DNA of 64,000 bases from Octopus sinensis (GCF_006345805.1 NC_042999.1:96844001-96908000), one strand, 5' to 3'; numbered from the stretch's first letter, positions 1 through 14,642 are shown. Made by a program: numbers and translations. Notes: generated from the letters alone by a model not told the origin.

Positions 1-234
1 TGAAAGTATCTGACATAAAATAGAGAAATGTTTTTGTTTCACTTTTAACACGTAATACTAAAATAGTGGAGAAGATATGATATTGCTATGGGCTCGACCT
101 AGACAAGAAGTTGAACATTTTTTAGCCCATGAAACTACATGGACCCTAAGTAAGGCATGTGTAAAATTTTAGGGAAACAGACAGACAGACACACACACAC
201 ACACAAACATTCTCAGTTTGATATATATATATGC

Positions 235-380
235 GATGAGTTTCCTGCTTTCCGTCAACCAAATTCACTCACAGGGCATTAGTAGAGCTGCTTCATGGTA
301 AACGACACAGGCCCAAAGTTCTCCGTAATGTAACTGGACTCGAAACCAAATGATTGCAAATCGAGCTTCTTCACCATTCA
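235..380 (-). mobile_element. Degenerate tRNA-derived CORE-like SINE (family A)
   Basis: Diverged match to better-preserved copies at 26709-26862 and 45884-46045 (tttccgtc.accaaattcactcacaggg...cttcttcacca). Confidence 0.5.
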
Positions 381-707
381 GTCAAAAGTGCTCCTGCAAT
401 GGTAACTATTAATAAAAGAGAATTTTGTTTTATTTTGTTAATTCATCTCTCATTGTCATGTGACCGAGCTGGAGCATCGTTTATTTTTCTTGACTATCTT
501 AACTTCAGTATTAATTTCAGTACTTTTTGAATGGCAATTATTTCATCAATCCTCCCCGCTACGCCGGAAGAGGAAGAAAGCAATGGTGTGTGAGCTAAGA
601 GGGATGTAACTGCGTAACTGAGAAGAATCTAAATGTCACAAGGTATTTTTCTTTGATATCCCATCTTCGTACAACATCCTACGCTAATTTATATGTGTAA
701 GTGTGTG

Positions 708-752
<45 letters not shown>

Positions 753-775
753 GGGATGATATGTATAAATGTATG

Positions 776-809
<34 letters not shown>

Positions 810-929
810 TGTCTGTGTGTGTGTGTGTGTGTGTGTGTATAATTAATGTGTATGTATGCATGTATATACACGCACACAGACGGGCTTACACAGACACATT
901 CATATATACACAATAATACATACATATGG

Positions 930-1168
930 CCCGACTCTCCGTCAGTGCAAGTGGTTGAGCACTCTACAGACACGCGTACCCTTTTCGTAGTTCTCGGGGA
1001 GATTTATTGTGACACAGAATGTGACATGACTAGCCCTTTGAATTACAGGTACTACTCATTTTTGTCAGTTGAATGGGCTGGAGCAACGAGAAATAAAGTA
1101 TCTTGCTCAAGAACACAGTGTGCCACCGGGAATCGACCGAATAGTCTAACCACAATGGAACGCGCCTA
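930..1168 (-). mobile_element. tRNA-derived CORE-like SINE (family B), degenerate
   Basis: Collinear with 43600-43856 (gagcactctacagacacgcgtaccctt...actcatttttg...ggagcaacg...cttgctcaagaacac). Confidence 0.65.
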
Positions 1169-1997
1169 CCCTATACACACACACACACACACACACACAC
1201 AACAACAACAACAACAACAACACACACATATATATATATTTAAAGATATTAGAATTGGATTCGAAGAATCAAGTGGAAAGTACAGTAGGCACTCCAGACA
1301 TAGACCCGGCTATCAGGTCAGATCATTAATTAAATTGCAATGTGATTTATCTGGATCTTGCAATCGTAAATCTGAGCCATACAAACAGTAAAGTTTTCTT
1401 TGTGAAGTATACAATACGGAAATAAAACAAGGAGAGATAAGAGGAAAGAAGTATTTTAATACTTCCGTTGAGATTAACAAGTTTCATAGCCTACTCAGAA
1501 TTATATCAGCTTTAATGCAGACATGTGTAAACGCGCGCGCGCACGCATATATACAAGGTATTCAAAAAGTCTCTCCATAGTACGTATTTTATTGCAAAAT
1601 AAATATTTATAAGGTGGTATAAGACTACTAAAGAATATATTAGACTTTACAAGATTTAACAAAACTTTATAAGAGGTGGTGAAAGTATCGTCCTTCATTT
1701 TCAATACATGAAATTTAAAATCTTCTTTACTGCCGTGTGAGCTCTTCCTAGGCTTATTTCCGTTTCCTGCGACAATCTGCGTAAGAACTTTGACGGGCTT
1801 GCTAACAGTTTATCAGAAATATTGGAGAGTGTTTCATCTGAAATAACAGTAGGCCTACCGCTTCTTAGAAAATTGCAGGCCTTATATCTAAATTCGAAAC
1901 CATTATGAGGACAAAATAGTCCTCATCATAAGTTACGATGGTACATTACCACAAATCTCTACTAGAAAGATATAGCCGATTACATACAAGATAGATA

Positions 1998-2632
1998 CTG
2001 GTCTGATCAATAGTATCCGGACTGTTGCCATAGTAACAAAGCTAAAGCACGCGGAGTAAAGCCGCTCGGTGCAGATTCATCTTGGACTATGCTGTGCATG
2101 TGCACTAAGTTTAAACGTTCTAGCTCACTTCCACTGTTTACAGCAGTGCTTGGAAGGAACGTGTGTAGCGTGTGATCGTGACATTGATCATGATTGACTG
2201 AACTGAACTGTAACTAAACTGTACATCTGATAATTCACGGGTGGTGATTCAACGATTTCTTCTCACAGCTGCATGCACATCTATTAACATTCAACGTCAC
2301 TATCAACATTTTCCGGCCATCTTGGAAACATCTAAACCACTTATACACTTGTGTGCAACTCATACACTCTTCTCCATACACTTTCTGCAATTTTGCGTAG
2401 GCTTCTGAGCAGGTATCACTATGACAACTTTCTCTGTCATGGTGAATGCGACAATCACACGCTACACACTTTCCTTCTAAGCACTGCTGTAAACAGCGGA
2501 AGTGAGATAGAACGTTAAAACTTAGTGAATGCACAACAGAGTTCAAGGTCAATTTTTGGCAACCAGTTTCATTCTGCATGTTTTAGCTTTGCTTCTATGA
2601 TAACAGTCCGGATACTTATTGATCAGACCTCG
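1998..2632 (-). mobile_element. Non-autonomous mariner derivative with ~200 bp inverted arms and a transposase N-terminal (HTH) remnant
   Basis: Ends ggtctgatcaatagtatccggactgtt / aacagtccggatacttattgatcagacc, with TA on the left flank. ORF 2235-2579 contains EAYAKLQKVYGEECMSCTQVYKWFRCFQDGR, a typical mariner HTH. Confidence 0.75.
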
Positions 2633-3129
2633 TGTTTATTTCATTACAAGTCCAGAAGAATTTGTTAAATGTCTGTCAGTTCGCTTACCACGAGAAGTAG
2701 GAAGAGCTAGTGATTCGGGAATGTGCTCAAATAATGACTTGATGGAAAGGAGAGGAGTGGATAAGTTATTTACTAATTTCAGGAAATGGATTTAAAGATA
2801 ATCATAGTAAATTACTTAAGTAGGGAGAGTCGGAAAAGTTGTGGATGATGTGAAAGACGTTGAGAGGAGAGCAGCCAATTTAACAAAATGCTATCAAGGT
2901 GCAGTGTAAATTAGTGACGAGTACACATATTTTCAGCTGCTTATGCAGGAATCATCGACGAAAAACAATGAAAATGGGTGAAATAAACGACAATATTAAA
3001 GGAATTATAATGCGGCATTGCCAGAGAAGTTGGAATAACGATCAACAGCTTTCAGAAGTTTTACGTGACCTGTTTCTGGAACGTAATATACAGGAGGCAA
3101 AAAATTAGCCATTGGCAACAATACGTGAG

Positions 3130-4000
3130 AAAAAAGAGCAAATTAAGTAAAGGGCCCAAGAAGCATTTCTTTAACCATTCGAAGCGTATTTTGTCATAAA
3201 TCTATTGTGATGCTCTGTGCATTGATGGAAAAATATATGGTCAGACTCTGTCTGTAACTTCACAAGTCTTCCATAAGCAGAAAGTCTGCATAACATTTGG
3301 GATGATAATGTGACACTTTTAAATGATGTGGAGTTTGAAGCAGTGATAAGGGATGATGTGGTTGAGTATAACATGGAGCTGATGTTCTTAGAACAAAAGC
3401 AAGTTGAAAATACAGATAAGAATACGGAAATTCCACCAACACACCTGAGTTGATTGTAAAACATTTTGCTTCAGGCTTGTCAGTCATACAGGAAGGTCTG
3501 CAAATGTTTACTGATAACAAGCATATTAGTGAACGTAACTCAAAAAAATTATAAGATTTTGCAATGACTTCAATTCCCATTCCAAGCTGTACGATTGGAT
3601 GAAGCACCATAAACATGAAGTAGATGTTGATGATGATAAACTGTAGGATAGAAGATTGTATCCCTCATCCTCCTAGTGACTCTTATTCCATCACCATCTT
3701 TCAAACGTAGCCAACATCTGTTGTGGCATGACGTACATAGTTCTTTTTTAAGAAAACCATGGAAAAAATATATCTCAACTTCAGTCGATTTATCCAACTT
3801 AGTCCCAGCAAGCACATGCAAAACCATGAAAATTTTCAAAAAAGAAAACACTATACTGAAGTGGAATATCATATAAAATATTTGTAAAAATATGTAGAAA
3901 TCATTTATATTTACATGGCTTTCAGGATCGATAGTTCCGGTATTTCACTGCGCGGTAGCATTGTGATTTGTACCATTGTGATTCCGTGCTTACTGTATAT
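3130..4000 (+). mobile_element. Degraded pogo/Tigger-like transposon 3' part
   Basis: Acidic C-terminal remnant (DDNVTLLNDVEFE..., KHFASGLSVIQEGLQMFTDN..SERN) resembling Tigger transposase tails; terminal ...ttactg|ta. Confidence 0.4.
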
Positions 4001-4503
4001 AACTTCGTGTTTTTATTTTATTTTATTTTATTTTTTCATTTTTGGGAATTAACACTATGCCGTCAAGGAATATAGGTTCTGCTATATCTGGTCCCGTTGG
4101 TCACCTTTCGAGGATAAGTTGATGATGATCAAAAGCTACGGAAAAGGTGAGATGATGGTAATGCGAGCACGTTATTTCTCATATCGGATAGTAGTAACTA
4201 CAATTATTCTTGCTAAGGAGAGGATTTTAAATCACATCCAAGATACTACTTTAGGGATGAAGAGCATCGTAATCACCAAGAAAAGAAGTAAAATATATAA
4301 AATCTTCATAGGAACAGCTTCTATCACTTCGGCTTGAACGGTAGACTCGCCAGTAAATCCCAGTAAGACATGATAATTTTAGAGAAAACGCTTTCATTGT
4401 ACATACACATTGTACATACAAATATATGTGTGTGTGTATTTACATATATATATATATATATATATATACATACAGTATATATGTGTGTATGTATATATAT
4501 ATA

Positions 4504-4549
<46 letters not shown>

Positions 4550-7500
4550 TGACAAAGTCAGAAGATAAACTCTACTACCTTAATGTTCTTAAAATTTAAA
4601 TTGACATCTTTGTCAAGATATATATACCTTCTTTATAATGTTATCAATTGATGTGAAAATTATGTATTAATGGAAAACGTCTATAAATGACTGATGATTG
4701 CTCAACATTTTAAAACTGTTGTAATACTTACATTATTTAATAAAATGATGTAGCGTGAAACGATCGTACAAAATTACCGAAGTTATTCTTGTTGCTTATT
4801 TTTGATTATATATAGAGAGAGAGGGGGGAGGGGGAGGGGGGAGAGAGAGAGAGAAAGTGAGAGAGAGACACACACAGACACACAGACACACAGACAGAGA
4901 AAAGACGGAGCGAATGAGCTCAGTATGCGATGTAACAGATACAGTACATTATACAAATAATAGAATCTGATGCACAACCAGAAACATCTGCGGTGAACAC
5001 ATAGAAGCAGAAAAGTATTATGTACAAAGGTAAAAAGATAGAAAACTTAAGGAAAACAGGTTATAGGGTAGTTATTACATGGCAAGAAACAGTAGTGAGC
5101 TTCACTGAAACCAGGTTCTTGGCTACAGAAGCTTATAAACTAATATTGTCTAATGTATAGCAAAGTTGACAAGGCTATCAACAATATAATCTTTGAGTTT
5201 AACAAAGTAGCGCAAAATAATATAAAGGAATACATGACAGGGTATAGAAAATGATATCTTCACAAAAAGGTACAGAAAGCAGATGTGATCAGAATTTCTT
5301 TGTTTGGTGTGATTAACATTAGATGCCCCTTTCTCTCGTGAAACAACAAACACTTCTCTAAAAGGAATTTCCATGAACTTGATGGTTAACTCTTTGTAGT
5401 TTTGGCAGTGGAGTGCAAGAATTGTTGTCGTTTAACATATGCTTTATTCTTGAAACTAAAAATAGCTGAAGTAATTTTCTTTGCAATCACAATTTTTTCT
5501 TGTATTTCGCTCGTATTTCAGGTAATTTATCGCTTGTACACAGCACCATTCGTACATTGACACAAATTATTCCTTTTCGTCAGATCATCGCACCATATTC
5601 TAAACATTTCAAATTTGAATACCGTTTTTATGTATTTGATCTTTACATATAATTCGAGGTGATTTTGTAATTCAACATAAAAACAAATTCCATGTCAAAA
5701 AATGTGTGTTCATCACATACATCTAACTTCAGTATAAATGAACTGCGTGGACAGAAAAATAAGCACGGATAGAACTACATGTATTTAATGAATAAAATCA
5801 CATAGAAAACGTAACGTAATTGCAAGTTTTTTTCGGGATTTTCCTACTACTTCATGTTGCATGCTGTAAACAAATAAATGGATATAATCTTTTTAAAAAA
5901 AGATAAAAACAAAGAAGGTTTTTATACTCTCGTTTAAATGAGAAAATGTCCGTCTGCTTAGTGTTTGAGAATATCAAAATAAAAGCAGGAAAGAAGTTAC
6001 AAACTATTTCTGTATATATGCAAGTGGAGCTTAGTTATAACGAAACTGATGGGGTATCAAAAAAAAGCTATAATAGTTGTATGTAAATGATTTGATATTC
6101 AGTTTAATGTCCTTTCTTAGCTTGATTATACTAGAAAATGTTAATAGTATAAATAAACATCATCTGAATTTCAAAATCCCAAAAATAATATTAAAATCTT
6201 CAAAAATAATATTAAAAACTTCAGAAAATTTGCCAGTGTCAAATACTATTTTTAGCATATTCTATTCGAAAGAAGTAATAAGGGATCAAATAAGGTACAT
6301 GAGACAAATATGCTGGATTTAACTGCCATATGGATCATCATGACTATAAAGATACCAGTAAAATGAATAACATTTTGAAAAGTGGTTCCACCTGAACGGA
6401 AATGAAAAGCAAATCTACCTTTAATGAATTTCTTTAAAATCAAAGAGAAGACTTTCTTTATATAGCTTTAAAATAATTATTATTATACCACAAATAGTAC
6501 GATAGTACCAAACATTGAAAAATTGACTAAGATAAATGAAAAACAAAACTAGATAATAGGGGAAGTGGAAAAAAACATTAGATTATTATGAACAGCTACC
6601 ACAAGGCATTATCCCAACTGAGCGTAACTACACTGACCGATTTTATGAACCAATCAATTTCGGTATGAACAATGAAGGAATCTCCATCTTTATATAGTAA
6701 CAAGTGACTATAATCACTAAGAAGTTATTATAGACACCATCAAAATTAAGCTTGAAGAAATAAAATCTATATCAGTTTGTATAAAACTGGCAAGTTATCT
6801 TTTCTACATGAAGCTGAACGTTAATGAAACACTTAAAGAAAGTAACAAACTCTAAGCAAATTTAGAGAAACAAGATGAAACGCAAATAATTGTAAAAGTC
6901 GTGTAATCGACGCAGCTGCTCAAATAACATAAAAAAAACAGCACAGGAATCAAATAAAACAAAACAAGGGAGTAAGTCATGTGAACTAACCTGGAAATAG
7001 AAAATACGAAAATATATCAAGAGAAAAAAGATGATATAAGAACAATGCACGATATCCAAATAAAAAATATTGATAAATTTATATAATAATTTCAAAAAGA
7101 AAAGACATTTCTCCAAAAATGAAATGATACACAATTAAAGAATTATATGCAATGTAAATGATAAACTGAATCAACAAGAGCAAGCAGACAATCATAAAAC
7201 ATGGCGGCTTGAGAAAATAAGGATACGCTAAAAAAAATAACACAAATATCAATAATCACTTCAAACATACTCATCTATTTCAAAAACCACTGTTAGACAC
7301 ACTGTCCTAAGCACAGTTAATCGATGAAAGAATTGTAAAAAAAAAGATTAATTCTGAAGAAGATATCTTGACATCTGTGTGGCTCTCTTTTTTGAAATAA
7401 CCTTTTTACATATATGTTTCGGTAATTATTGATAGCATAAGCTTGAAGAGGGTTAGAGTACATGTGATTGATCTGAGATTTGGAAACTTTGCTGCATCAT

Positions 7501-7956
7501 TGTGTTAATTTACATGGAATGCGGTGAAAATGGCATTTCATATGAAATAGATCATTGTCATCATCACAATCATCATCAAAATCATCATCAAAATCATCAT
7601 TATCAACATCATCGTCATCATCATCATCATTCACAACAACAACAACAACAAGACCAAAAACAACATTATCATAATAATTGTTGTCGTCGTCTACTGGGCG
7701 CTGTCGCTCGTTGCTGCAAGTCAAGCTGCAGGATACGCCACTCTTCTCTTTCTATAACATTTTATTTCAGTGGGTGGCGGGAGCCTACCTTAATTGTTGC
7801 TAACCAGTTGCGACCAAATTCGCAGAATTTTCTTAAAAGAATTTTCCTGAATGTTGTAACTTTACAAGCCGGCAGAGGTTTCATTGCACCAACAGCTTTT
7901 CAGCTTTTCCTCAGCTTTCTCTCCGAATATAGTCAAGTTGGTGACCAGAAGGATTC

Positions 7957-8034
<78 letters not shown>

Positions 8035-8047
8035 CGGAGGACGGAGA

Positions 8048-8205
8048 CCCCCTTCGGTCACGAATGACCATGGGATTGCACCTAGAAAGTCACCCTCCGA
8101 GGCACAAGTCCGGGTAAGGTTGTTTATGAAAGACAGCAGTCACTCATGCATACCAGCCTTCACTCTCCACGCCACTGATGTCATCCAAGGGAAAGGCAAT
8201 GGCAA
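8048..8205 (-). mobile_element. SINE 3' portion (family C)
   Basis: Matches 45533-45690 (cccttcggtc.cgaatgaccat...gcacaagtccggg...catgcataccagcctt). Confidence 0.6.
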
Positions 8206-9095
8206 ATTGATGCCAACATCATTTGTGCAATGTTGATGGAATATTTTCCACATCACACAAATGATATAGCGCTCCCGGCGGCGTTGGAGATTGTAGAGAT
8301 TGAGATTTTTTAGTCGACCCCAATAGCCAATGCCTGACATGCCGTTTTTCTTGTTATTGACTTCTGGAGTGCTTTTATTTTCATAATGAGTTGCTTCGTG
8401 TGGGGAGACCACAATGGGCAACAGTATTCAAGGTGAGGTCGGGCAAAATTAAGGTAGAGAAGGATGATGGTGTGGGCATCTCTTGACGGTAAGTTATCAG
8501 AATCCAGGAGCACATCTTGCGGACCAAGTCAACCTTGCTGTTTACGTGGGGATTCCAGCTTAGATTGTTATGAACAATTACTCCGAAGTCTCTGGTGTTG
8601 TTGGATGACATTAGGGAGTCGACCGAGGGAAGGGCATATTGTAGTTTCATAGTGTCCTCTTTTTCAAAGTGGATCAAATTAAACTTATCTTCATTTAGAA
8701 GCATATTGTTCTTTTTCCGCCCATTGGACAATAGCAAACAGACCCCAATGAAGACATGTTCCGTCTCCTATACCGTTTATGGCCTTCTCGGGTTTGGAAA
8801 CCTCTGCAAAGATTTTAAATGTAGAATGTTTGATGACGTCTACTATGTGTTTTTTCGATTCAAGTGATGCAATGGTAGTCGAATGGGTACGTTGCTGCTG
8901 GCAGTATTTAAGTTAGTTGATTTTCTCGTTAGTTCGTTTTATTTTTCTGATAATTGCTCTTCTATTTCTTGGGATTCTGCACTTATATTCGTTTACTGAT
9001 CTTAACGGGGTATGTTTTGCGCATATATTTGTTACAGTATCTACAAATGCTTGCCATGATATGTTCACGTTGGTGTGGGGTGGATTGCGTGCATG
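8205..9095 (-). pseudogene. CR1-group (CR1/L2/Daphne-like) LINE RT C-terminal fragment, frameshifted
   Basis: Translations NNMLLNEDKF, RDFGVIVHNNLSW, RPHLEYCCPLWSP, LQRRRERYII across ORFs 8381-8737, 8310-8513 and 8140-8421. Confidence 0.75.
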
Positions 9096-9104
9096 AAAGC
9101 CTAA

Positions 9105-10218
9105 TCAACTTCTTTCATCAAAGTTGAAGGAATGGAATATACCGGTGGAAGACTGCAAAACATCTGTGTACCGGAAACGCCATGAAGAATTTGAAATTTA
9201 CTATGAAAATATTAATGATCTGTGTTATTGTAAAGATGTGATTAGTTTGTTTACTGCTATTGGACTCAAGCATGATTCTGCAAAATGGCGACTGTTCATA
9301 GATAGCTCAACATGAAGTCTCAAAGTAGTGTTGCTCCACAATGGAAATAAATATGCTTCTTTGCTTCTTGCACACTCCATACAGAAAAAAGGAAATTACG
9401 ATAATGTCAAAGAACTTATCGACAAAATAAATTACGCTCCTGACTTAGTAAGACCCAGATCCCTGATTAAATTGTCTAACTCACTTTGATTTGGAAAGTG
9501 AGGCTCCAAAATCGTTCTTGGTACGAAAGCTTCCTCCATTTCTTGGCTGCTGCTATTTGTTGACTCTTCAGATGAAATATTTTCTGCTGGTAGTGGTACT
9601 CGTAAACTGTCATCATGTGGGACATGTGCTCTAAATGATAGTATGTCTGGATACTGAAGAGCTTGTCTTCCTTTCACTTTTTTTTACTTTGTCACATCGA
9701 TCATACAAATGTAACAGTCATCGTGGTGGTTCTTTGGCTTCTTCTAGAGTAGATCGATAGCTTCCACATATCACGTGTGGGGCCCATGGTTTGTCCTGGT
9801 GACCCATGGGCATGCCGAAATAGAGTCTGTACTCTATCCACAGTTTGGCACCTTTCACGATCTTATGTAATACCTGCTTTTGTCCGATATAATAACCACA
9901 CATATAGCAAAATATATCTGGAGAATTTGTACATACTCTAGTAACCATCCTGAAAGTAGCAGAACTTAGTAATTGGTCTGAAAGAGAAAATTAGACATAT
10001 ATTTAGTAGCGGAACATTATAACAATACCGAATATATAATAACATTGAAAGTCGACATATTTTTTTAACTGTTGATGATACAGAAAAAATAATTTCATTT
10101 TTGGAATCAGCAGAAAAAATGAATTGATAAACAGTAAAAAAAAATATAATAAACAATTTTTTTTTTGAAAATTGTTACATCGTCCAACTTCGTTGAGGCC
10201 ATAATGAACAAAATAGTG
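9105..10218 (-). mobile_element. Chapaev3-like DNA transposon 5' fragment with an internal inversion
   Basis: Minus strand: CTNSPDIFCYMCG...YFGMPMGHQDKPWAPHVICG and YPDILS..AHVPHDDSLRVP..NQSELDNLIRDLGLTKSGA. Plus strand from 9105: QLLSSKLKEWN...WRLFIDSS*SLKVVLLHNGN. CACT terminus at 10218. Confidence 0.75.
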
Positions 10219-12376
10219 TATTAGTACCAAATCTGATACTATACGCTATCTAAAAGGCATCAGCAAGGTTTGTCTGTACTGATCTTTATTCTCTTAAATG
10301 TTCTATCTTGCATGATCTAGCTGCTACAGGAATTGATCCAATAACTTATTTCACCTTACAGGTTAGCGAAGTTTTTGTGGCAGTTTTGTGACAATAGTGA
10401 CCTGACACTGAGATGTAATTTTGTAGCTATGGTGAGAGGCAACGGCATTGTATTAAGGCCTAGATGGTTGGTTGGAGAGATAAATGGATAAATAAATAAA
10501 TAGAATGATGGATGGAAATGTTGATGTAGCGATGCTAGTTTGTATTGTATTTGGGATGGGGTTTGTTTTTGCAATGCAGCGGATATTTGTTGGTGGTGTT
10601 CTGATGATATTGTGGTGAAGTGTAGGTTCAGTATTGTGTTTTGGCCTTAGTAATGATATGGTGGCGGTGGTCGAAATGTAGGAAGAAGAACTGAAGAACT
10701 TTAATTTATTGATTAATTTCCGGAATCCACTTCAGTATAAATACAGCTTTGGCTACTTAATTATAGTTTACATGTCTCCCACGACACCCGTCATCTAGCG
10801 CCATCCAAAATAGAAGTGGCTATTTGTCTACAATGACATGTAACAACATTTTCTAATGTGCTCACTCGCTAATTAACAATGTTAATTCATGATTTTACAG
10901 TGAAATCAATCTATCGTAACTCAATAGTTAAGAAGCTGTAAATAAGTGGAAGTTTGTCAACACTGTGATGTTACAGAATAACCTATCAGGGTTCGATATA
11001 AGAGGTTTCTTGCTGCATATTTGCCAGTTTTTCTCTTCTTGTCTTGCTTTTTTTAAAAACTTATTTTCTCAGTTTCTTTAACTTTTATGAATGGTACGAG
11101 ATTTCCATATATCTTTATGAATATTTATAACTTCAAGCTACGAACTCAACTGCAGACTGTAATTATATCATTCCACTTACATCGTTAATGTCCCTGATAA
11201 AAGTGTAGACAATGTAACTAACATTTCACTTTCAAAAATCTCGAACTTAAAGTCCACCGGGAGAAAGTAATTAGGAAGTCATTTTAGTATCGTGTCTCTG
11301 AGTCTGATAAATTTTGAGGGAAGTAGATATGGAAGACGAAATTAAGGTTAACGTGACCCATTAACCTTTAATAGTTATTTGATGGTCGCTGAATACTTCA
11401 TCTTCACGCTATTGATTATTATCTTTACTACAGATTTCAAGAAAACAAATGAAATTGCTTAACTAAAAATCAAAGTTATGGCGCCAAACTTGTCTTTGCT
11501 AAAATATAAATCACTACTCGAAGTTGACTACAAAAAGAATGTATATTTATCTGAAGTAAATATATGTAATCTACAAGCGTTTTCGTATTGGGATATCACA
11601 TCGGAATAGTGTATTATAAGAATCTGACGGGTATGTTAAGGCGGTGACGACAGAAAAAAAGTAGTCTAGATAGAAAACTGATTGTGAAAATGGAATAGAT
11701 TGTTTTCTAGAAATGACTGCGTGACGTGATCAATTGAACTAGTTGAGAGACCGGTATTGCACCGCCTCTTCGATGTTGCGATACATTTGCTAAGCGACCA
11801 TAAAAACACTCCTGACGCCCCTGGACTGAGCGGCCAGCCCTAAGAATTACTTTCGTTAGTGCCATACTTATTTGAGATTTTCATAGTCGGTGCTTATTGT
11901 AAGCAATATACACATATACAAGTCATGCACTTCACGCCGACATGCAAGAACATACATTTTACATTTATATGGGGTAGGGAGTTTTTTTTTGTTTTGTTTT
12001 GTTTTTTTGTTTTTTTTTTTTTTGTTTTTGCTTATTCAGTAGGCAAGGCAGCACTTGCTACTCTTTCTCTGGGGCTTTGAGTGTAAAGAGATTGTGGAAT
12101 GAAAGCCTCCTCAAACCGGAAGCCTAGTTAGAATGCTTGTAGTAGGTTGAACTCCTAAACAATTACTCAAAGACCGTGGTGTTAAACAGATTAAGTCTCA
12201 AAGAATTATAAGTCATATCGATTATTCGTCTATTCTCACAGACATCAACACATACCCACACAATCATATATGTACCCTCACATGGCAATATATGTACATG
12301 TGAAGGTCAGTTTTGTAAGTAATTGTAAAAGAATCACACACGGACGGAGTAAAATAATAAATTAATATTAGTATTA

Positions 12377-12525
12377 GGTACGACGATGAGCTAGCAGAAA
12401 CGCTAGAACACCGGGTAAAATGCTTTGCAGCATTTCGTCCATCATTAGTTCTGAGTTCAAATTCCACCGAGGTTCTTTCATATCAAAACTGATCATCTTC
12501 TCTAACATAAGAAACCAGTTATCTT
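12377..12525 (+). mobile_element. Nin/Deu-like SINE remnant
   Basis: gagctagcagaaacgctagaacaccgggtaaaatgctt...gagttcaaattccaccgaggt; reverse-complement match to 41860-42002. Confidence 0.5.
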
Positions 12526-12559
12526 TGTGTTTGAGAAGAGGGCATGAACTTGCTACATA

Positions 12560-12895
12560 ATTAATGTGGCCTGTCCATTTGATACAAGAATAAAAGAAAA
12601 CAAAATAGATATATACCAGGACTTGAAGAGAGAGATAAGCAGGCTTCAGAAAAACTGAGGTCATACCAATTATCATTGGAGTTTAGGGTCAACGGGAAGA
12701 GGCTCAAGGAGTGGACAGACAACACTGACTTGCAGAAGAATATAGAACACATGCAACAGACCTAATTATTAGGAACGGCCACTCGAAATTTCTTGGACGC
12801 ATGAGGTCACGGGTGGTGACTTGTTATCCAAGAGAAGAGTAAACCCAACTCAATTCCATCATAGGAGTGACACACAAAAAGCATTTCAAATAATA
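12560..12895 (+). mobile_element. R4/Dong-like (RLE) LINE 3' remnant
   Basis: KIDIYQDLKREISRLQK / VIPIIIG / LLGTA motifs of the RLE endonuclease C-terminus; ends in aataataac. Confidence 0.5.
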
Positions 12896-13346
12896 ACAAA
12901 CAATTTTACTGAACTGTTATACTATACATCACCCTTCATCAAACAAGCACTGGAAGACTTTAGCCCGCAAAAATGATTAATATATGTATATATGTGTGTG
13001 TGCGTGTGCATGTGTGTGTGTGTGTGCGTGAGTACATATATATATATATATATACATATATATAGACTCACGCACGCACACATACATACACACATATACA
13101 CACACAGCCGTTGCTAAAGACACTTTTTTTTATAATATAACTGTAACGGTAAATCATTTTCATTCCCTATTGCTGCTATGATACAAATTGTACATTTGTA
13201 ACAACCAAACTTTGTATATGTTCTTATATAATATATTTTTATTATACTCCACTAAAACAGTGTTGAATTCTGTAATTTGTTGAGGTTTTACATTTGTTCT
13301 AAGGAACAAGATAATAATTGTGCATTATGTGTGAATGTGTGTATGC

Positions 13347-13574
<228 letters not shown>

Positions 13575-14258
13575 TATGAGACTGTATATATGTATATTTG
13601 ATTATAAAGACATTTGTAGATATACATATCCGAAAATTGTTTAAGGTTTGTGTGTGATCGTATATAGTTAATTTCATTTCAAATATTTACCTTCGTGACT
13701 GTGTGTGCTAATATATGAATGTAGTTTGGTGTACCGATGAGTATAGGTCTATGGTTTTGTGCATAATAACATGAATCGTGTTGTTGAATGTTTATCAATG
13801 TATGTCTACATCTATATATAATTTAGTGTAGTTCGCTGTTTATATGTTTATATATCCAATTCAGTGCAATTTTCAGAATAAAAACATGTGTCTATGCCTA
13901 TATGATGGTGTTTAGTATTATGTACGTGTATAAATATGTTAGTATGAGTGTGCGTACGTTTTGTAGAATGCATTTTGTATGTTATGTGCATTTCCTGCGA
14001 CTAAACAGAATGCTGTGTGGCTCATAGTGTTCCAATTCAATCATCTGATCTATAACAGCAGGAATCAGCCCGGATAAAGGTTTCTTTGATTCTCTTATAA
14101 TCATTCACGTCACTGTTCAACTGTACAGACTGTCTGCTGTCTACTTCCTTTCTTGACCAAACGACTCTGTCTCAACAAACACCAAACAAAGACGAATTTC
14201 AATAGTAAAAACTAATACAACTACTATTACTATACAGAGCTACTGCTACTGGTGTTGC

Positions 14259-14290
<32 letters not shown>

Positions 14291-14585
14291 ATGAGGAGGA
14301 GGAGGAGGAGGATAACAACAAGGAAAACAACAACAGCAATGATAACTGTTTTAAATTTTGGCACAAGGCCAGCAAATTTTTGTGTGGCTGGGGTAAGTGG
14401 GTGTTGTGGGGGGAGAGAGTTAGTCGATTACATCAACTCCTCTACTTGACTGGTAAGCACCAGGAAAGATGGAACTAAATGGAACTAAAGGATGGGACCG
14501 AATTGTAACCCAATAGGAGGTTACTTGTTTTAGCGCGATATTAGGATTCTTTTCTTTTCCAACAATCTAATCTATTGAGTGTATA

Positions 14586-14642
<57 letters not shown>

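Noticed and set aside
5900-7400. A-rich strand-skewed region suggestive of an old LINE
   Set aside because: No diagnostic RT or endonuclease motif could be read with confidence.
7502-8236. 244 aa His/Gln-rich ORF
   Set aside because: It runs through CAT/CAA repeats, a (TA)n array and a SINE tail; composite and non-genic.
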